56,242 nt of DNA, filler included, from Sphacelaria rigidula (GCA_964200075.2; 7 parts of 7 records of this genome joined end to end with filler, not necessarily neighbours in it), one strand, 5' to 3'. Counted from the first letter of the whole stretch, positions 34,849 through 48,295 are shown. Numbers and translations: made by a program. The notes: generated by a model not told the origin, from the sequence alone.

Positions 34849-36350
34849 CAAGGTTGTGTTCTACAGGGTACGGGTATGTTGTGTAGGGGATGAGATTCCT
34901 TACATACCTTACAGAAATATCGGGTACCGGTGTGAAAGTATTACAGAAATTACAAAACTGTAGGGTACCGGTCTGAAAGTTTTACAGAAACTACAGAACT
35001 TGCCGGGTACGGTATGGGAGGCTTACAGAAAACCGTACCGGCGATCGGGTATTTCTTCAAGAGTATACCCGCGCTCCGGGTACGGGTAAGCAATCCGTAC
35101 AGAACTCACAGAACTGTAAGGTATGCTAAATACCCGGGAAACTACCCCGGGTATACAGAAGACCGTACCCTACAAAACACAACTTCGGTATTCTCATCAC
35201 CCCTGTGGTGGGATCTACGTCCCTACAGTGGCGAACTACAGATGACAGCGCACGAAGTCTCTGAACGGCTTCACGGGGTTGATGGAGAAATTGTATCCGA
35301 ACATTCGCAGTAGTACATGTGCGCAGGATCGTCACCACCCATCGGCTTCACATATGTTCCTAGAGGTACATGAAGGAGTATTCGCGGCTGCCCGCTCTCT
35401 GGAAGCCCTTCGGCACGACAAAATCGTCGACGGCCTTGACGACTTCCGGTGGTGGCAGCTCATACTCTTTGCTGTGCATGTCGATAACGGCCTGGGATCT
35501 GATGGCCACGACACAAACACCATCAACGTCGATGACGTGGGTCCTGCTACTTGATCCCCGGGGGCGCAGATGAACCGCCCCCGCTCAAGCCACCACTCGA
35601 CTCTGGGGATAATATATCCTGATGGTCTGCGGTGCAGCTCAAGTTTCGTGTTTCCACTCAGCAGTACCTCGTAACCCATCAAATTTCAAACCAAGGAGCT
35701 TTCCAACATCATTTTTTTGTTGTGCAGTGTCGAATGAAGGAGTAGGATGCGTTGATCGATGGGAGGCACACGTTTAGGTCATGCGATAGTATTTGGATTG
35801 GACCTTTATCTACACCTCCCCAAGGTATATACCTGTGCTCGTACCTACAATGGGGTATATCTACAACGGTGAACCTCACCCCGGGTGGAGGTATGGGAGG
35901 CTTGCAAAGCTTACAGAACTGTCGGGTACCGGTACTGGATGAAAATCTCGGAAACATGACAGAGCTTTTCGGGTACGGTATGGGAGGCTTTCGGAAACCA
36001 TACCGTCAATCGGGTATATCTTCAAGAGCACACCCGCGCTCCGGGTACGGGTAAACATTCCGTACAGATCTCACAGAACTGTTTGGTAAGGGTATGCAGG
36101 TTGCACAGAAAACCGTACCCGCAACCGGGTATCCCAACAAGAGCATACCCGTGCCCCCCGGTAACGGTACGGAAGGCATGCAAAACTCACAGAACCACCG
36201 AGTGAGGGTATGGAAGACTCACAGAGTTTACACAACTGTCGGGTACCGGTATGAAAGTCGAATAGAAGTCACGGAACTGTCGGGGTACGGTCAATACCCG
36301 GGAGAATGCCCCCGGTATACAAAAACCGTACCCTACAGAACACAACCTTG
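34849..36350. mobile_element. Defective hAT-like DNA transposon in aldolase intron
   Basis: 25-bp TIRs CAAGGTTGTGTTCTACAGGGTACGG / CCGTACCCTACAGAACACAACCTTG (23/25), 8-bp TSD CTCACCTC (34841-48) / CTTACCTC (36351-58), many GGGTAC(G/C)GG subterminal repeats, extra internal right-end copy at 35163-35186. Confidence 0.75.
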
Positions 36351-38130
36351 CTTACCTCTAAGGATACTCGGCGCAAGACCCCGGGTTCGTGGGGGGGAGG
36401 GGGTAACTGAAACCTCGCACGGCATCGTAATAGATACGAAACATTTCTAGTCTGTCGGACCTCTCTGAACTTAGCTTCTGACTGAGTTTAGTGCATCATT
36501 GTAGACTACTTTACCGCAGTGTGCCGCTTCTCATGCTTTGCGTCGCGATGGGGCAGTAGATTGAATCGCTACACACGCACATGTACGCTGTTTCCGCCCG
36601 CCTTCGAAGATTCACACAAGTAATCAATTGTACGTGCTATCTATCAGGGTCCATTTCCCGCAATGGTTTCGTCGGTGGTTGAGCATGCCTTAAGATTCAT
36701 TGGCATCGCGAAACACAAGTGTGACAATGATGATGGAAGTTGTAAACATTTGAAGAGGATTTGGAGAGACTGCAGGGGTCTCGGCGCGAATGGTTAGAGG
36801 CAGACTTGACGCTGTTTGCCGTTTCATCACCACATATGTGATGTCTGATGCAAACATGAACTAGTGCTATCTGGTTATGCGCTCGCGCTGTTGGTAGGTT
36901 CGAGATAGCCGTAGCGTGGCGCATACAAGCATGTTTTGATGTCCCTGCACCATGTGTCACATCCCCTCATAAACTATCCTCTCCGGACCGCTTGTTGTGC
37001 TGCTGCTGTGCATAGTTCGCGCTTGTGCCGTCAACGAACGGTTTCACACAAGTACACGAGGACGAAGCCATTAGCGTGTTGTCCTCGATCTTTGCTGCAC
37101 AGTCTACTCTGGTGCTGTGTACAAAAAAGTGCTGTTCCACGGCGTGTGTTCGGTTACGTTGACCAAGAGGGGGCGGGGTGGCAACGACCGCGCGAAAACA
37201 AAAGCACACTCTCTCTTTTGTGTTCTTAGAATTATTTCATTCGATCGATTTTCGCAGTTTAACTGATCCCCCAGATATCCAGCCATGGTCATTATCCACA
37301 TGATGGGTGTACCCGGGATAAAACAAGATGGAAATACTCGCTGCTGAAGAAAAATGAAGGAAACAGAAACTAGAACAGACAGAGTAGACTAAGAAAAGAA
37401 CACAAGAGAGAAGAAGAAAAAAACAGAGCAATACAGATAAATAAATACGTTGTGTGCTTGAATAGACTAGTGATCATTGGGAGATGGTACAGAAGGGCCT
37501 CGGTGCGGTGGGGATCATGTCAGGCAATCTCTAGGGGAACAAAATCCTAGTTTTGATTGGCTACGTAATCGCTCCGCTACTCGTCTAGGCCCCGCCGCAG
37601 GTTTTCAAACGCGCCTGTTCCTGTACAACAGGTGTACATTTTGTCGCATTTACCTACGGGACTGTCAGCGTAAATATGATTCCGAGACGAAGCCGTGGTC
37701 AAAGGGTCAACTCCTTGGGCACGAGCGTGGTCACGTTCAGTCCGTTGAATTGACTTCAGCTTTTGCTCGAATGAGTGGCACACCAGATCAGAGTGCTCTG
37801 TTTCTCCGGGGCCAAAAAGGGTTGAGAGATAAACTACTCGAGAATGAAGGCGATGGGTATTCTCGGTTTCATCAAGCGTCGAAACGAATCTTTGACGACG
37901 CCAGAAATAACCTGACGCCTGGGAATGGGAGCGTCAGTCCGCCATGATTCTTGGTGAAGCTGTGGTATCGTTGTGCTTGCGACACTAGGGTCGTCGGGTC
38001 GACGCACTATCACCCCGTCACCGCCATTTTCGTCTTCTTAAACAAGGCCCCTGCGCTGGAAAGTGAAACGGATTTGTTTTCTTGTGCACGCTGGCCGACA
38101 ATATTTCATATTGGATTTGAAAGGACTGAC

Positions 38131-38242
38131 CTGTACTTTAACGTTGACACGGATAGCGGTTTCCAGATCGTAGTCGCCGTTGAGGCTGATGTCCGGCTCC
38201 ACAATTGGCACGAGTCCCTCATCCTGGCAGATCAGGGCATAC
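38131..38242 (-). CDS. FBA: Class I fructose-bisphosphate aldolase, internal exon
   Basis: (R)YALICQDEGLVPIVEPDISLNGDYDLETAIRVNVKVQ (GLVPIVEP motif); phase-compatible with both neighbours. Confidence 0.92.
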
Positions 38243-38767
38243 CTGGTTGATAAATTTCCGTGGCAATAACGACGAGGGAATCAATGAATGGAAGAGCGGC
38301 GTGCGGTATCATGGCAGGAAAACCGAGAACTATGGTTGTAGTGGTTTAGACACAATTTTTAATTACATGAAATAGCGGCGTGCTCATAAAGAAACAGGTT
38401 GTGAGAAAATAATAATAAGTTTTCTCCCCCAAAAAGTAGAGAGTGTTCAGCCTCGGCGGTGAGCGCTACACTACGTCCAATACAGAAGGCCTTTGCAGTA
38501 GATGAGAAACTCTGGCTGAGCCTGATTTTATTTTATTTATGAGCGTGCCGCTATGCCACGGAGTATGTTTCTCAACCACTCGTTACTGATAGGCAATTGA
38601 TGTAGGTTCCTCGACTAGTAGTTTGGTTGCGTTCAGGCAACTCTGTTGCACTGTAGTATCATATTAATAGTAACTCAGTCTATACTTGCACAGCAATATC
38701 CACCAGCTGCTTGTAGGCAACCGCGGGCGCTGAAGATGTCGTCATCAGTGGCGTGGAAGACGGTTAC

Positions 38768-38955
38768 CTGGCGAGATCGTCCATGTTGGTCTGGATAGCC
38801 AGGGAAGAGATGTCGCCATCCGCACCGATCACGAGGGGACTGCGCCACTTCGCGAAGCGACAGCCCGCCGCGTAGTATTCCTTGCAGCGCACCGCTAAAG
38901 AGTCGAGGCCCTGCATCACGGTCTCTCCCGGTTTGCAGCCCGGCAGCTCGTATAC
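38768..38955 (-). CDS. FBA: Class I fructose-bisphosphate aldolase, internal exon
   Basis: VYELPGCKPGETVMQGLDSLAVRCKEYYAAGCRFAKWRSPLVIGADGDISSLAIQTNMDDLAR (QGLD, FAKWR motifs). Confidence 0.93.
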
Positions 38956-39296
38956 CTGATCAACAGGGAACGGGGTAAACTAAGAACAAAACTCAAGCTC
39001 GCAAAAAGTCATGGATGAGCTCAGTAGGTCGTGATTGTTGTTTGCGTGTGTGAACCAGCCCATGGCAGGATTCAGGTTGGGAGTTCTGAAGGGTGGTTTT
39101 AAAGTTTAAAGTGCCCTGGTGGCCTGATTTGACAACACCCGCTGGTCCCGACAAAGATAAAACGTGGGAAGCACGAGGTGGGTTTGCAGGACATCGCAGA
39201 CAGTAATAACGTAGCCGAGCAATTAACCGCATGGCACTACGGAGGTCTTGGACAATTTGCACATCATTTCAGACTTTACTAGAGGCAAGTAGGCAC

Positions 39297-39491
39297 CTTC
39301 AGGTGAGGCTTCACGCCTGGCACGATCCCGCGACTGGCGAGTAGCTCGGGGAACGGCACCCCATCGTCGGTCGTCTGGTAGACCGTCTCTGGGTCGAGGA
39401 TAGCACCTGACAAGAACTGGTCCCCGTTGGACACCGTAAAGAGCATCTGGCGGTAAAGACGCCTGTTCTCTTCGGTGTTGATGATGCCCAC
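39297..39491 (-). CDS. FBA: Class I fructose-bisphosphate aldolase, first exon seen (N-terminus not found in contig)
   Basis: VGIINTEENRRLYRQMLFTVSNGDQFLSGAILDPETVYQTTDDGVPFPELLASRGIVPGVKPHLK (NTEENRRxYR motif); 65 codons, phase 0/0. Confidence 0.93.
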
Positions 39492-40147
39492 CTGATTTTG
39501 TTGTGCAGGCATAGGGGGGGGCGTACTCATTTGTTGCTTGCCTTAGTCGTTTGACCATGGCATTGGGGGGGGAGCGGCAAGGGCGTTATATGTTGCGGTA
39601 TACTGGGAGGGGGAACAGAGTTCGGTTCTTCTGGCTGACCGACTCAGTGCTATTTATTTCAATATTATGGAGGTATTCTACAAAGTTTATAATTCATAAT
39701 CCGCGGCGTCCATTCGAAACGGCGGTGCTCCAAGGTGTTAACTGTGCTGAGACTAGAGGGGCAGACGTCCTTGAAAGTGGCGGGTCCACATCACCACGGC
39801 AAGGTGGCACTACACACAATCGCGCAGGCTGAGGCGCCCAGATGGCAAAGGATGCATATCGCTGCGGAGGGAGGAAGCCCTTGATACATGAAATGCATCG
39901 CGGCCCGGCATGACACGACGAAGTCGACACTGCGTGTTCCTAGCCGGCAGTACAACAAGTGGTGCAGTACCGTCTGTACGATGCGAACCTCTCCTTCGTA
40001 AAGGTGGAATACCGGTGATCCATCCGTGAAAATTGCACCTTGCACTCCGTCCCATTCTGGAACCAAGTGAAACGGAAAAAAAAAATAGTCAAAAGGGCGA
40101 CCACGCACCTGTCAGAGGAAGCTCAAGATACTCACGTGGAAGCGTTA

Positions 40148-40247
40148 NNNNNNNNNNNNNNNNNNNNNNNNNNNNNNNNNNNNNNNNNNNNTTAATTAAT
40201 TAANNNNNNNNNNNNNNNNNNNNNNNNNNNNNNNNNNNNNNNNNNNN
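40148..40247. other. Artificial contig-joining linker
   Basis: N44-TTAATTAATTAA-N44. Confidence 0.98.
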
Positions 40248-41504
40248 CGTATCGTATTAATCGTCTAATCAAGGGGAAGGTGCCCATCTGCTCAAAAATC
40301 TGGGCCAATTTTTTCTCGTCGAGTAAACCTCATGTATAGTAATTCCTACACCTAGCAGAGATGGCGTTCACACTAGAATCTATGTGAAACCCCGGACGAT
40401 CGATCAAGCGGATAATGACGATTTTTGGTGTGGACCTTCCCTGGAGCACGGGGAGACGATAGATACCTTCACTTTCACCTAATTCGTCATTTATCTCGAG
40501 AAATGGCGCACATAAGGTTCTATACTAAAATCAGTATATTACGAGCAGAGGCACTAGGTGACCTAAATCTGGATATCGCGTCTCAGTTTTTGAGAGCTGT
40601 GCTATGAAATTTGGTATGGAGAACCGCTAGCGCATCATGAAGTAAAAAACACAGCTTTTCCGTTTTTTTCGTTTAAATCTCATATTTTTTCGTGTTTTTA
40701 CGGGGGTTTTGAGGAGAAATGGACATTGCTCTTGGGCCTTAACTCAATTTTCCAGCTCAATTTTTAGAATTGTGATTTGAAACTTGGCATGGAGAACGAC
40801 AGAGATATGCTGAGTTGAAAAAAAAATGGGCCTTGATTTTTTTTCTTCATGGGAGGTTCGGGCGTTCTCGTAAAAAAATCGTCGTTGCCATACTAAAACG
40901 CCCTTAATTAGTGAAAAAAAGTAATAAAACCCAACCTCACCCATTTGTCTTGGTTCATCACAACCTAGCAAGGTCCCGCACAAAGTTCCAACCCACAACC
41001 ACCAAACGTGGGCCGATAAACGGCCTGCAAAATACTGTTCCTAATTTCCGCCGCCTCGGTTTTTCAAATGTAAATTCGCAATTTTTTTCTTGGAGTTGGA
41101 AAGTGAAATTTGGTATGGACAATCAACAGGGCATGAAGAAAAGCTGTCTGTGAGGTCCCAATGTTTTTTTTTTTCGTGAGTTAAGGGCGTTTTACGGACA
41201 AATCCAAGAAAAAAATTGCGAATTCGCGTGCAAAGTACAAATCCGCTTGTAGGCTAGCCCAGCCTGTAGTACATAATGGTTTGGTCATCGAGCGGCGCAG
41301 CGGCGAGCTAAGAAGCCCCCCCCGGCAGAGGGGGCTCCGGAGGGCCCCGCTGGAGGCGCCGTGCCGGGAGCACGTTTTTACACGATTTGGCTTCACGAGA
41401 GCTCAAAAATACGTTACATTTGAGCCAATTTTCAAGGGTTGTATGTAGCATACGTGGCAGGTAACGGTAAATAATGGTTTTAAACCATTATTCAATTTTT
41501 TCAT

Positions 41505-41854
41505 TTAACCCTTAGAGACCCCACTGACGTTTTTTTTAAAAATCGGCATCATTTTCAGACATTTTCAAGTCAAAATGATGCCGATTCACAAAAACAAAAA
41601 TCGTCAGTGGGGTTCTTAGGGTAGTCTTAATCTCGCGGTCTAAGGGTTAAGGTTAACCATTACCATTATTACCATCATAATGACACCGGCCAGTCATAAC
41701 TGGTACCATTTCCGAGCTCTAGTGGATACCTCTTGGACCAGCGGTCAACCTCTTCCTCCCTTTCAGACAATCAGGCCGAAGAAGTCGTGGATTTGGTGAT
41801 TCTTAGCCGTGATGATTGGTCTTGACCCGACTAATCTCGCGGTCTAAGGGTTAA
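41505..41854. mobile_element. piggyBac-like MITE ends (TTAA target sites)
   Basis: TTAA-CCCTTAGA at 41505; TCTAAGGG-TTAA ending 41650 and again 41854 (23-bp duplicate TAATCTCGCGGTCTAAGGGTTAA); internal hairpin 41509-41621. Confidence 0.6.
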
Positions 41855-44800
41855 CCGTGTATTTTACCGACCGAAATATTAATAGTTGATGTCCACAAAA
41901 TCCGGGAGGTCGACCAACAGCCCACCCATGGCATCTGGAAGCACAGACATCGTGAAAAATCGAGGAAAAGTCACTGGGCACAGCGAAGTTACCACTGATC
42001 AAGATATGAAGCCTTGTAGTGAAATCTCAATCCAGGTGACCGACTACTGAACAGGAATACCCAGTCACCTCAGCACACCCGTACAGTACGGTACGGAAAG
42101 TACAGTGAAGACAGTCCTGATGGTTTCCACATTTGCACCAAGACCGGGGGAACAACATATTTGTTGTCCCAGAACAGTCTGCTTCCGTATTTGTTCTTCT
42201 CTGAGGGCATCAAACACTAGACCAGGACAAGCTCAAGCCGACGCCATCGATCTGTTGCAAAACATCGAGATGTCCACACGGCAGTCAGTGCTTCTGGGCA
42301 GCTTGTGTTCGCGAGCCATGCTCAAGAACAAGGGAAGGCTCGCTCATCCCAACCCTCGGAGTGGCGTGCTTTTGTTGATAATAGCGACCGTGTTGTAGCC
42401 GACAGCATGAACGGATTTTGGGATCTTCAGGTCAAAAGCAAAACTCAAGATGAAGAGTGATGCCAGGTGTGCACTCAGACATACGAACTCAAGGACATGG
42501 ATACTGATTCCAGGTTCGAGGATCAAACCGCCACTATTCGAATTGCGGTACAAAGTCTAGCGACACCGCAGGGTACCGTACAGTACAACGGATGCACACA
42601 GAGCATTGTAGATACGACGCGACATGCTCGCTGACTTTTTCACCGTCGAGACCCCAGCTACAGAAAAATGGTACACGCCATCGAAGTGGGCCAAATTTGT
42701 TCAATTCCAAGGGAGTCTGCTGACTGCTTGATCTTCACACCCTACTGTTTGTTGTGCACAGTAAGTCAGTCCATACGAACAAATTATCGCCCTCGGCAAG
42801 TGAGGAGGTGGACAGTACACAAGTAAAGGGATAGAGGGGGGAGGAAATCTATATACTATCTGCAATGGGCACGGTGAGTTGAACGCTGTCTGGCTAAGAT
42901 ATTGCGCCCTCCAAGCACACTACAGTACAGTACAGTACAGTTCACACAAGCGGTCAATCTCTGTCCTGTAATACTATACCGTTCAAATGCTGCAGATTGC
43001 TGCCGGGACGGGTTTTCGGAACGCCAATTGAAATATCAATATAAACTGCTGTGCTGCGTACATAGTTAGACTTCATGGGTGAATTTCATGCAAAAGCAAC
43101 GCCAGAACAAACCAACTGTTGTTGTACTACTACCGTATAGCCCAGAAAAGGAAGCCGCGAGTTAAAGTCGCAGCGGTGAGCGACAATATGTTCACACGTC
43201 GTACAACTCATGAGTTAACTCAGTTCTGTGATATGAGCCATCCAGTGGAAAAAGATGCCGCTGGGTTATATGGCAGAGGAAATAGATACCGCTGGGTTGT
43301 ACGGTACAGTATACAGTAACTCATTTTCGTCCGATCTCAACAGCTGGGGTAGATGAAAATGAGTCATATGAGATGAGTTGTCCCACGAGTGAATATGTCG
43401 ATATCGAGCGGACGGCGAACATGGGTCTTTGATTGCGTGAACGACATTACACTTGCAATTACAAAGCAGAAATGCAGACCAGTCCATCTCAGGTGCGTCC
43501 TGTGGATGGGGTTGGGTCTACCTTTACTATACTGTCTGTAACACTGTAGAGGCGGCGCGTTTACGGTACGGGCGGGTGGTCTAACATCTGCGAGACTATA
43601 GATCGACTCTTGCGAAATCAACGTTGATCGTGTTTAGTTGTTGGTACAACAAATATGGGCGACGTGCGTAGGTTATACGGAGGTATGGGATACCCTGAAC
43701 ACATTGCACCGTGGAGGCACATGTGCACTATTGAGTGCATCGGTCTGCCGTGCTTGATTTGTACCGCATTTGGGGTGCACTACTCTTTTTACTTGCAAGT
43801 GTAATGGGGAGAACATGAACTTCACCTCATGGATTCATGACTGCTTTTACCGACTGTTGAATCTGTTCAGTAGTTGTGCCGACTGGCATGGACCGCAATA
43901 CAAGCTATGATAATACTACTGTACCACAACACCTGCTGTGCGTGTGCCATCTGTTGTCCGTGATGCATGAAAGGCAGAGTGTGAAGTTTCTCAGATGAAT
44001 CCCTCAACGGCACCCCAACATATCGGGCGCTGAGGTTTAATCACCCGATTTTGGATTGCACAACACCCGTTCTACACGAGAGTCGGTGGGAGGGTCGTCA
44101 TCCGAGCAGGTGGCAGCGGGGTTCACTGTGGGACCGTTTGACGCTACAGTAGTACCGCAGACAGGTACAACACGGTGGGCACCACTGACGGTACTGAAGT
44201 ACTGCACAGACTGAGAAATTATCTACTGTTGTCAGTCCGTTCCTGTGTTGGTTGTACTGGCTGTACTGAGTGTAAGAAAAAACGAACGTGGCAGTACGGG
44301 ATACACTCTCCCAAGCGCCCAGCACGCCTTACGGAATGATCGAGCTTCTCGGACGATTGAGCGAAGAAGAGTACCTACGAAGTCTAGAACAACATTAACC
44401 CATCACAAATATGTACTCGCTAGAGCAGTCCACGCAGGGTATTACTGCAAATGGCATCTCCCCGGTGTGAACATGAGGGTTGTGCCTAGTTGTGCGCTTG
44501 CCCGACGTGCAAGCATTGTTGTTGTACTTCATACCCCGAGGGGGAAAAGGCTTTGTTTTTACAGCTGCCCCGTCAACACGGTGCGGAATATTTACGGCTA
44601 AGTCGCATCAATCGCACCTTCGTCCGTGACGTCTCCCTCTGGTTGATCGAGACAAGCAGGCACTGCACTCCACGACAATCTCCAGCTGTGTCAGCTTGGA
44701 GTAATCCCCCCCTCTACCAGGTCCTTGTAGCGTGCGTGACTGTGTGTAAGTGTGACTGGTAGAGTACATACAACAGTACACCGGACTACAGCAGTACAGA

Positions 44801-47800
44801 CAGTGCAGTAGGCAGTAGGCAGTACAAATACTAGATACTCCTTCCAACAAAAATACGGTCTGTGGTCATTTACCATAGGTAGGAATGTTCCGAAATTTCA
44901 AACAATGGAAAGTTGTATATTTTACATTGCTCCAGGTGTTTCTCAATATTTCAGACCCAAAACCGGAAGTAGCGTCCCTAGATCAACCACATAGCAAAAT
45001 AATCGAAAAACGCGCGGTAGAGGTCACGCGAATACTTAGTCGGCAGGCGTCACAGTACTGAGGCATTGGGGTACTTCAAAAGCAATACATAAAAAATCGA
45101 GGTAAAAAATTAGCCATACTCGTACAGTAGGACGGGTTCTAGAAACAGAAAGGGAGGTACAGTGAAATAACAGTAATACGAAAAAGAGTTTATCGACTGA
45201 GTTTGTTCGACGAGAAGAGTTGATGCGGTGAAGAGTAAATGGTGATTAAATCCGCGAGACAAAAATACAAGGCGTGTACGGGGGGAAAGATGAGTCGATC
45301 GCTTGCGACCACGGACTCGTCTCGAGGAAGGGAGGGGGTTGAAAGTTTGACGAAAGCAAGAGAAACTCTGATTCGATTTTTTCGTCCAACGGTGTGTTGG
45401 GCTTGTGTTGGGTAGGGTATTACCTTGCCGACACATGTACCCTTGAATCGTTCCATTATAATGAAAGGGGTATATTAGATGACGAAGAATAACACATATT
45501 GCAAATGTGTACCTTTTACAGTCTACTGTGGGTCATGGCGTGTTAAACAAACCAGAAGAATTAGTAGAGGAATAGCACGGCACTGCGGAGCGCGAACGTG
45601 TGGGTCATCTCTCACACGCACACAATCCCCTGAAGTGCAGCTGCGGCTTGTCATCCCACCCCCCACCTCCCAACCGACGGCGTCTATCCTGTATCTTTGT
45701 GTGAACACCAGCCCAGCTGGTTTCATTTGTTTACAACTGCTTGGTGAGCCCGTTCAATGCTCAAGAGTGAAGCTGGGCGGGGTCTCCGCTTTAAGGTGAG
45801 GGCCCTCTGGGAGAGGTTATGACGAGAGAACCCACAGCTTTGGTCAGAAGCGATGTGCCGCTGCTGTGCACAAGATCATGAGCCAGTTTGAATTTAAATA
45901 CAGGATGCGGTAGCTGTGTAGCCGTGTTGCAACACCACGCTTTGCGATGATGTGACGCCAAGCTAAGCACGACTCCGAAGGTGTTACGTTAAGAAGTGGT
46001 GGCCTTTGAGTCACACTGCTCTGTACTGCAGACATTGCACACAACATACAGGAGGTACAGCTGGTGACTTCTGTTTTCGAAAAAAAGTGCTTTGGGAGTA
46101 CTGTCTGCACTTGTACTCCAGCTGTCCACAACAGTGGTGGAACCGCACGTTAGCGGGACGTTTGGAACAAGAATGATATCGTACAGACAATTAGGTAAAT
46201 CGGCGGATCATACAAGTACAAGTATATTCTAGCCCTTGCTGATGCTTGTGACGCCTTAGCTTGTGTGCCTGGAGAGCATTTCTTCCCTACGGTCACAGAA
46301 GCAGATGGTCGCTCTAGTTCTACATTTCTTGGAGATACTTGACTACACGGACTCTGCTCTTCTCTACTTTACTCTATTCCACCGACGGTTGGTATCACAT
46401 ACAAGAATATGCAAGTAGGAGTATCAAATGTAATAGTTGTTCCAGGTACGACGAGTACTGTTGTTGTAATATACCAGTAATACTTTACCCTGCGGACTTG
46501 CACTACTACAGCCTGTACCTTAGGATGGAGCCACATGACACGAACTAAATTCGGGATGCGCCGCTACAATTATCGCGGCGCCAGTATGAACAGTACAGAG
46601 AGTGCAGTACCGTACAGCATCATTGCAGCGCAGTCCAGATTGACGCGAAGAACCAGATCCCGAACTTCTCCCCCACCATCGTTGTAATCGCACCGTAGAA
46701 CAATCGAAAATCCGAGTACCGTGCCTCACAGCTCTGCCGTGTGAAGGAGTTTATGACGTTTCTCAGTTGCAGGTTTGCCGCAAAATGCAACCGCCGCACG
46801 CCAAAACATTTGATGAAAAAAACAAGGAACGGACCGGCTGCTGTCAAAGGGGTGATTTTACTCGAATCACACGTCGTTCGCGCCGGCCAGAATGTCGACA
46901 AAAGTGGTGCGAGAAATGACGTGCATTGCGGAAAACGCGGCCGCAGAGGGTACCTTTGCGGAGAGGGTCCTCCCTGCGAGGCCACGCGAGGACGCCGACA
47001 GCTGGTTCACCAACGTAGCTTGCCACGGTTTTTGCCGTTGTGTAGGGGGGACTCGAGGAGGCAAATTGGGCCTTGGCAGAGCTCAAATTAGCACCTAGCT
47101 TCGAGTTAACCACTTGTACTACCAGCCACCGAAATACCCGAGTGTGATGGTCAACACTGGAACCAAGATAGCACGACCGGGGGAAATGGCGATGGATTGG
47201 GGGATGGGTTGAGGTATATATACTTTACTGGAAAAATTCAGACCTTCCACCCATACTCGCCGCTCCAGTCCGTACACACTTGACTGTCCCGGCCGGATTA
47301 CATACAAGCTGTATTTTCGGCAGTCGATGCCATGTTTCCGGTATGCTCTGTACTTGTACTCAGTACCCGAGTTTTCATACCGAATACATTGGTGAGCGGG
47401 TACCCGAGATAACCTAGGGTCTCCAACTCTTTTGGACGTCGGCATCTGGGTACCCGGGGTACTTCTTGATACTTCTTCTATGTACTCTGAGTACCGACCA
47501 CACTGGGTCTGTCGGAGAGGGGGGTATCCGAGGTACCATGAGGTAGTCAATACTTTCGACCGTCAGAAACCAGGGTACTGCACTCAGTACTCGGTAAACT
47601 GCACGTGGATGACCAGTACGAAGGAACATTCCTTAGAACTAGGCGATGTCCACGAACACTTTCATGCCCCATCTGCCACGATACCCGGGCCGGTACCCCG
47701 GGCATTGAGTGCAAAAACTAGGTGGTAGAAATATCAGCGAATACGAGACGGTATTCACCAACATCCAGGTACCCGCCGCCTGCGATGTCCAAGCTGGTAC

Positions 47801-48195
47801 CCGCGGTATTGAATGCTAGAACTATAGCAGGTTCCTTCACGAACACGCGCGGACCAGTACGGGGATCATGGGGGAGGGTGTACTCGTGATCTTGCATGCC
47901 GTAGTCGTAAGACCATTGACCTCGCATCCCTACAAAGCCCGGACGGAGAGATCATGGCGGGTTGTTGTGTGATACTGCGAAGTGATCTCTGCAGGCTTCA
48001 TGGAATGAAAGTTCAGGAGGCTTAACCCTTTTGGGACTGAAGCTCACTAACACCACGTTCACGACGTGTTGATGAAATAATATTAAACAAGTCTGGGAGC
48101 GACCTGTTCAATCAGGGCGAGGCGAAATTTATCGACCACATCAGAACGACCAGTCGCGGGGGGGCTGTTGCCGGGAGCGATGCCACTGAACAAAT

Positions 48196-48295
48196 NNNNN
48201 NNNNNNNNNNNNNNNNNNNNNNNNNNNNNNNNNNNNNNNTTAATTAATTAANNNNNNNNNNNNNNNNNNNNNNNNNNNNNNNNNNNNNNNNNNNN
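48196..48295. other. Artificial contig-joining linker
   Basis: N44-TTAATTAATTAA-N44. Confidence 0.98.

Noticed and set aside
37477-37947. 156-aa plus-strand ORF inside the aldolase intron
   Set aside because: Non-ATG start, no recognisable motif or codon bias.
40133-40147. Possible upstream aldolase exon end (CGC TTC CAC|GTGAGT) at the contig edge
   Set aside because: In-frame TAA immediately upstream and spacing does not fit the KRxxxxG motif.
46620-46733. Possible terminal exon SCEARYSDFRLFYGAITTMVGEKFGIWFFASIWTALQ* (PX-like RYSDF)
   Set aside because: Single short segment with no partner exons and no further PX features; cannot be supported.
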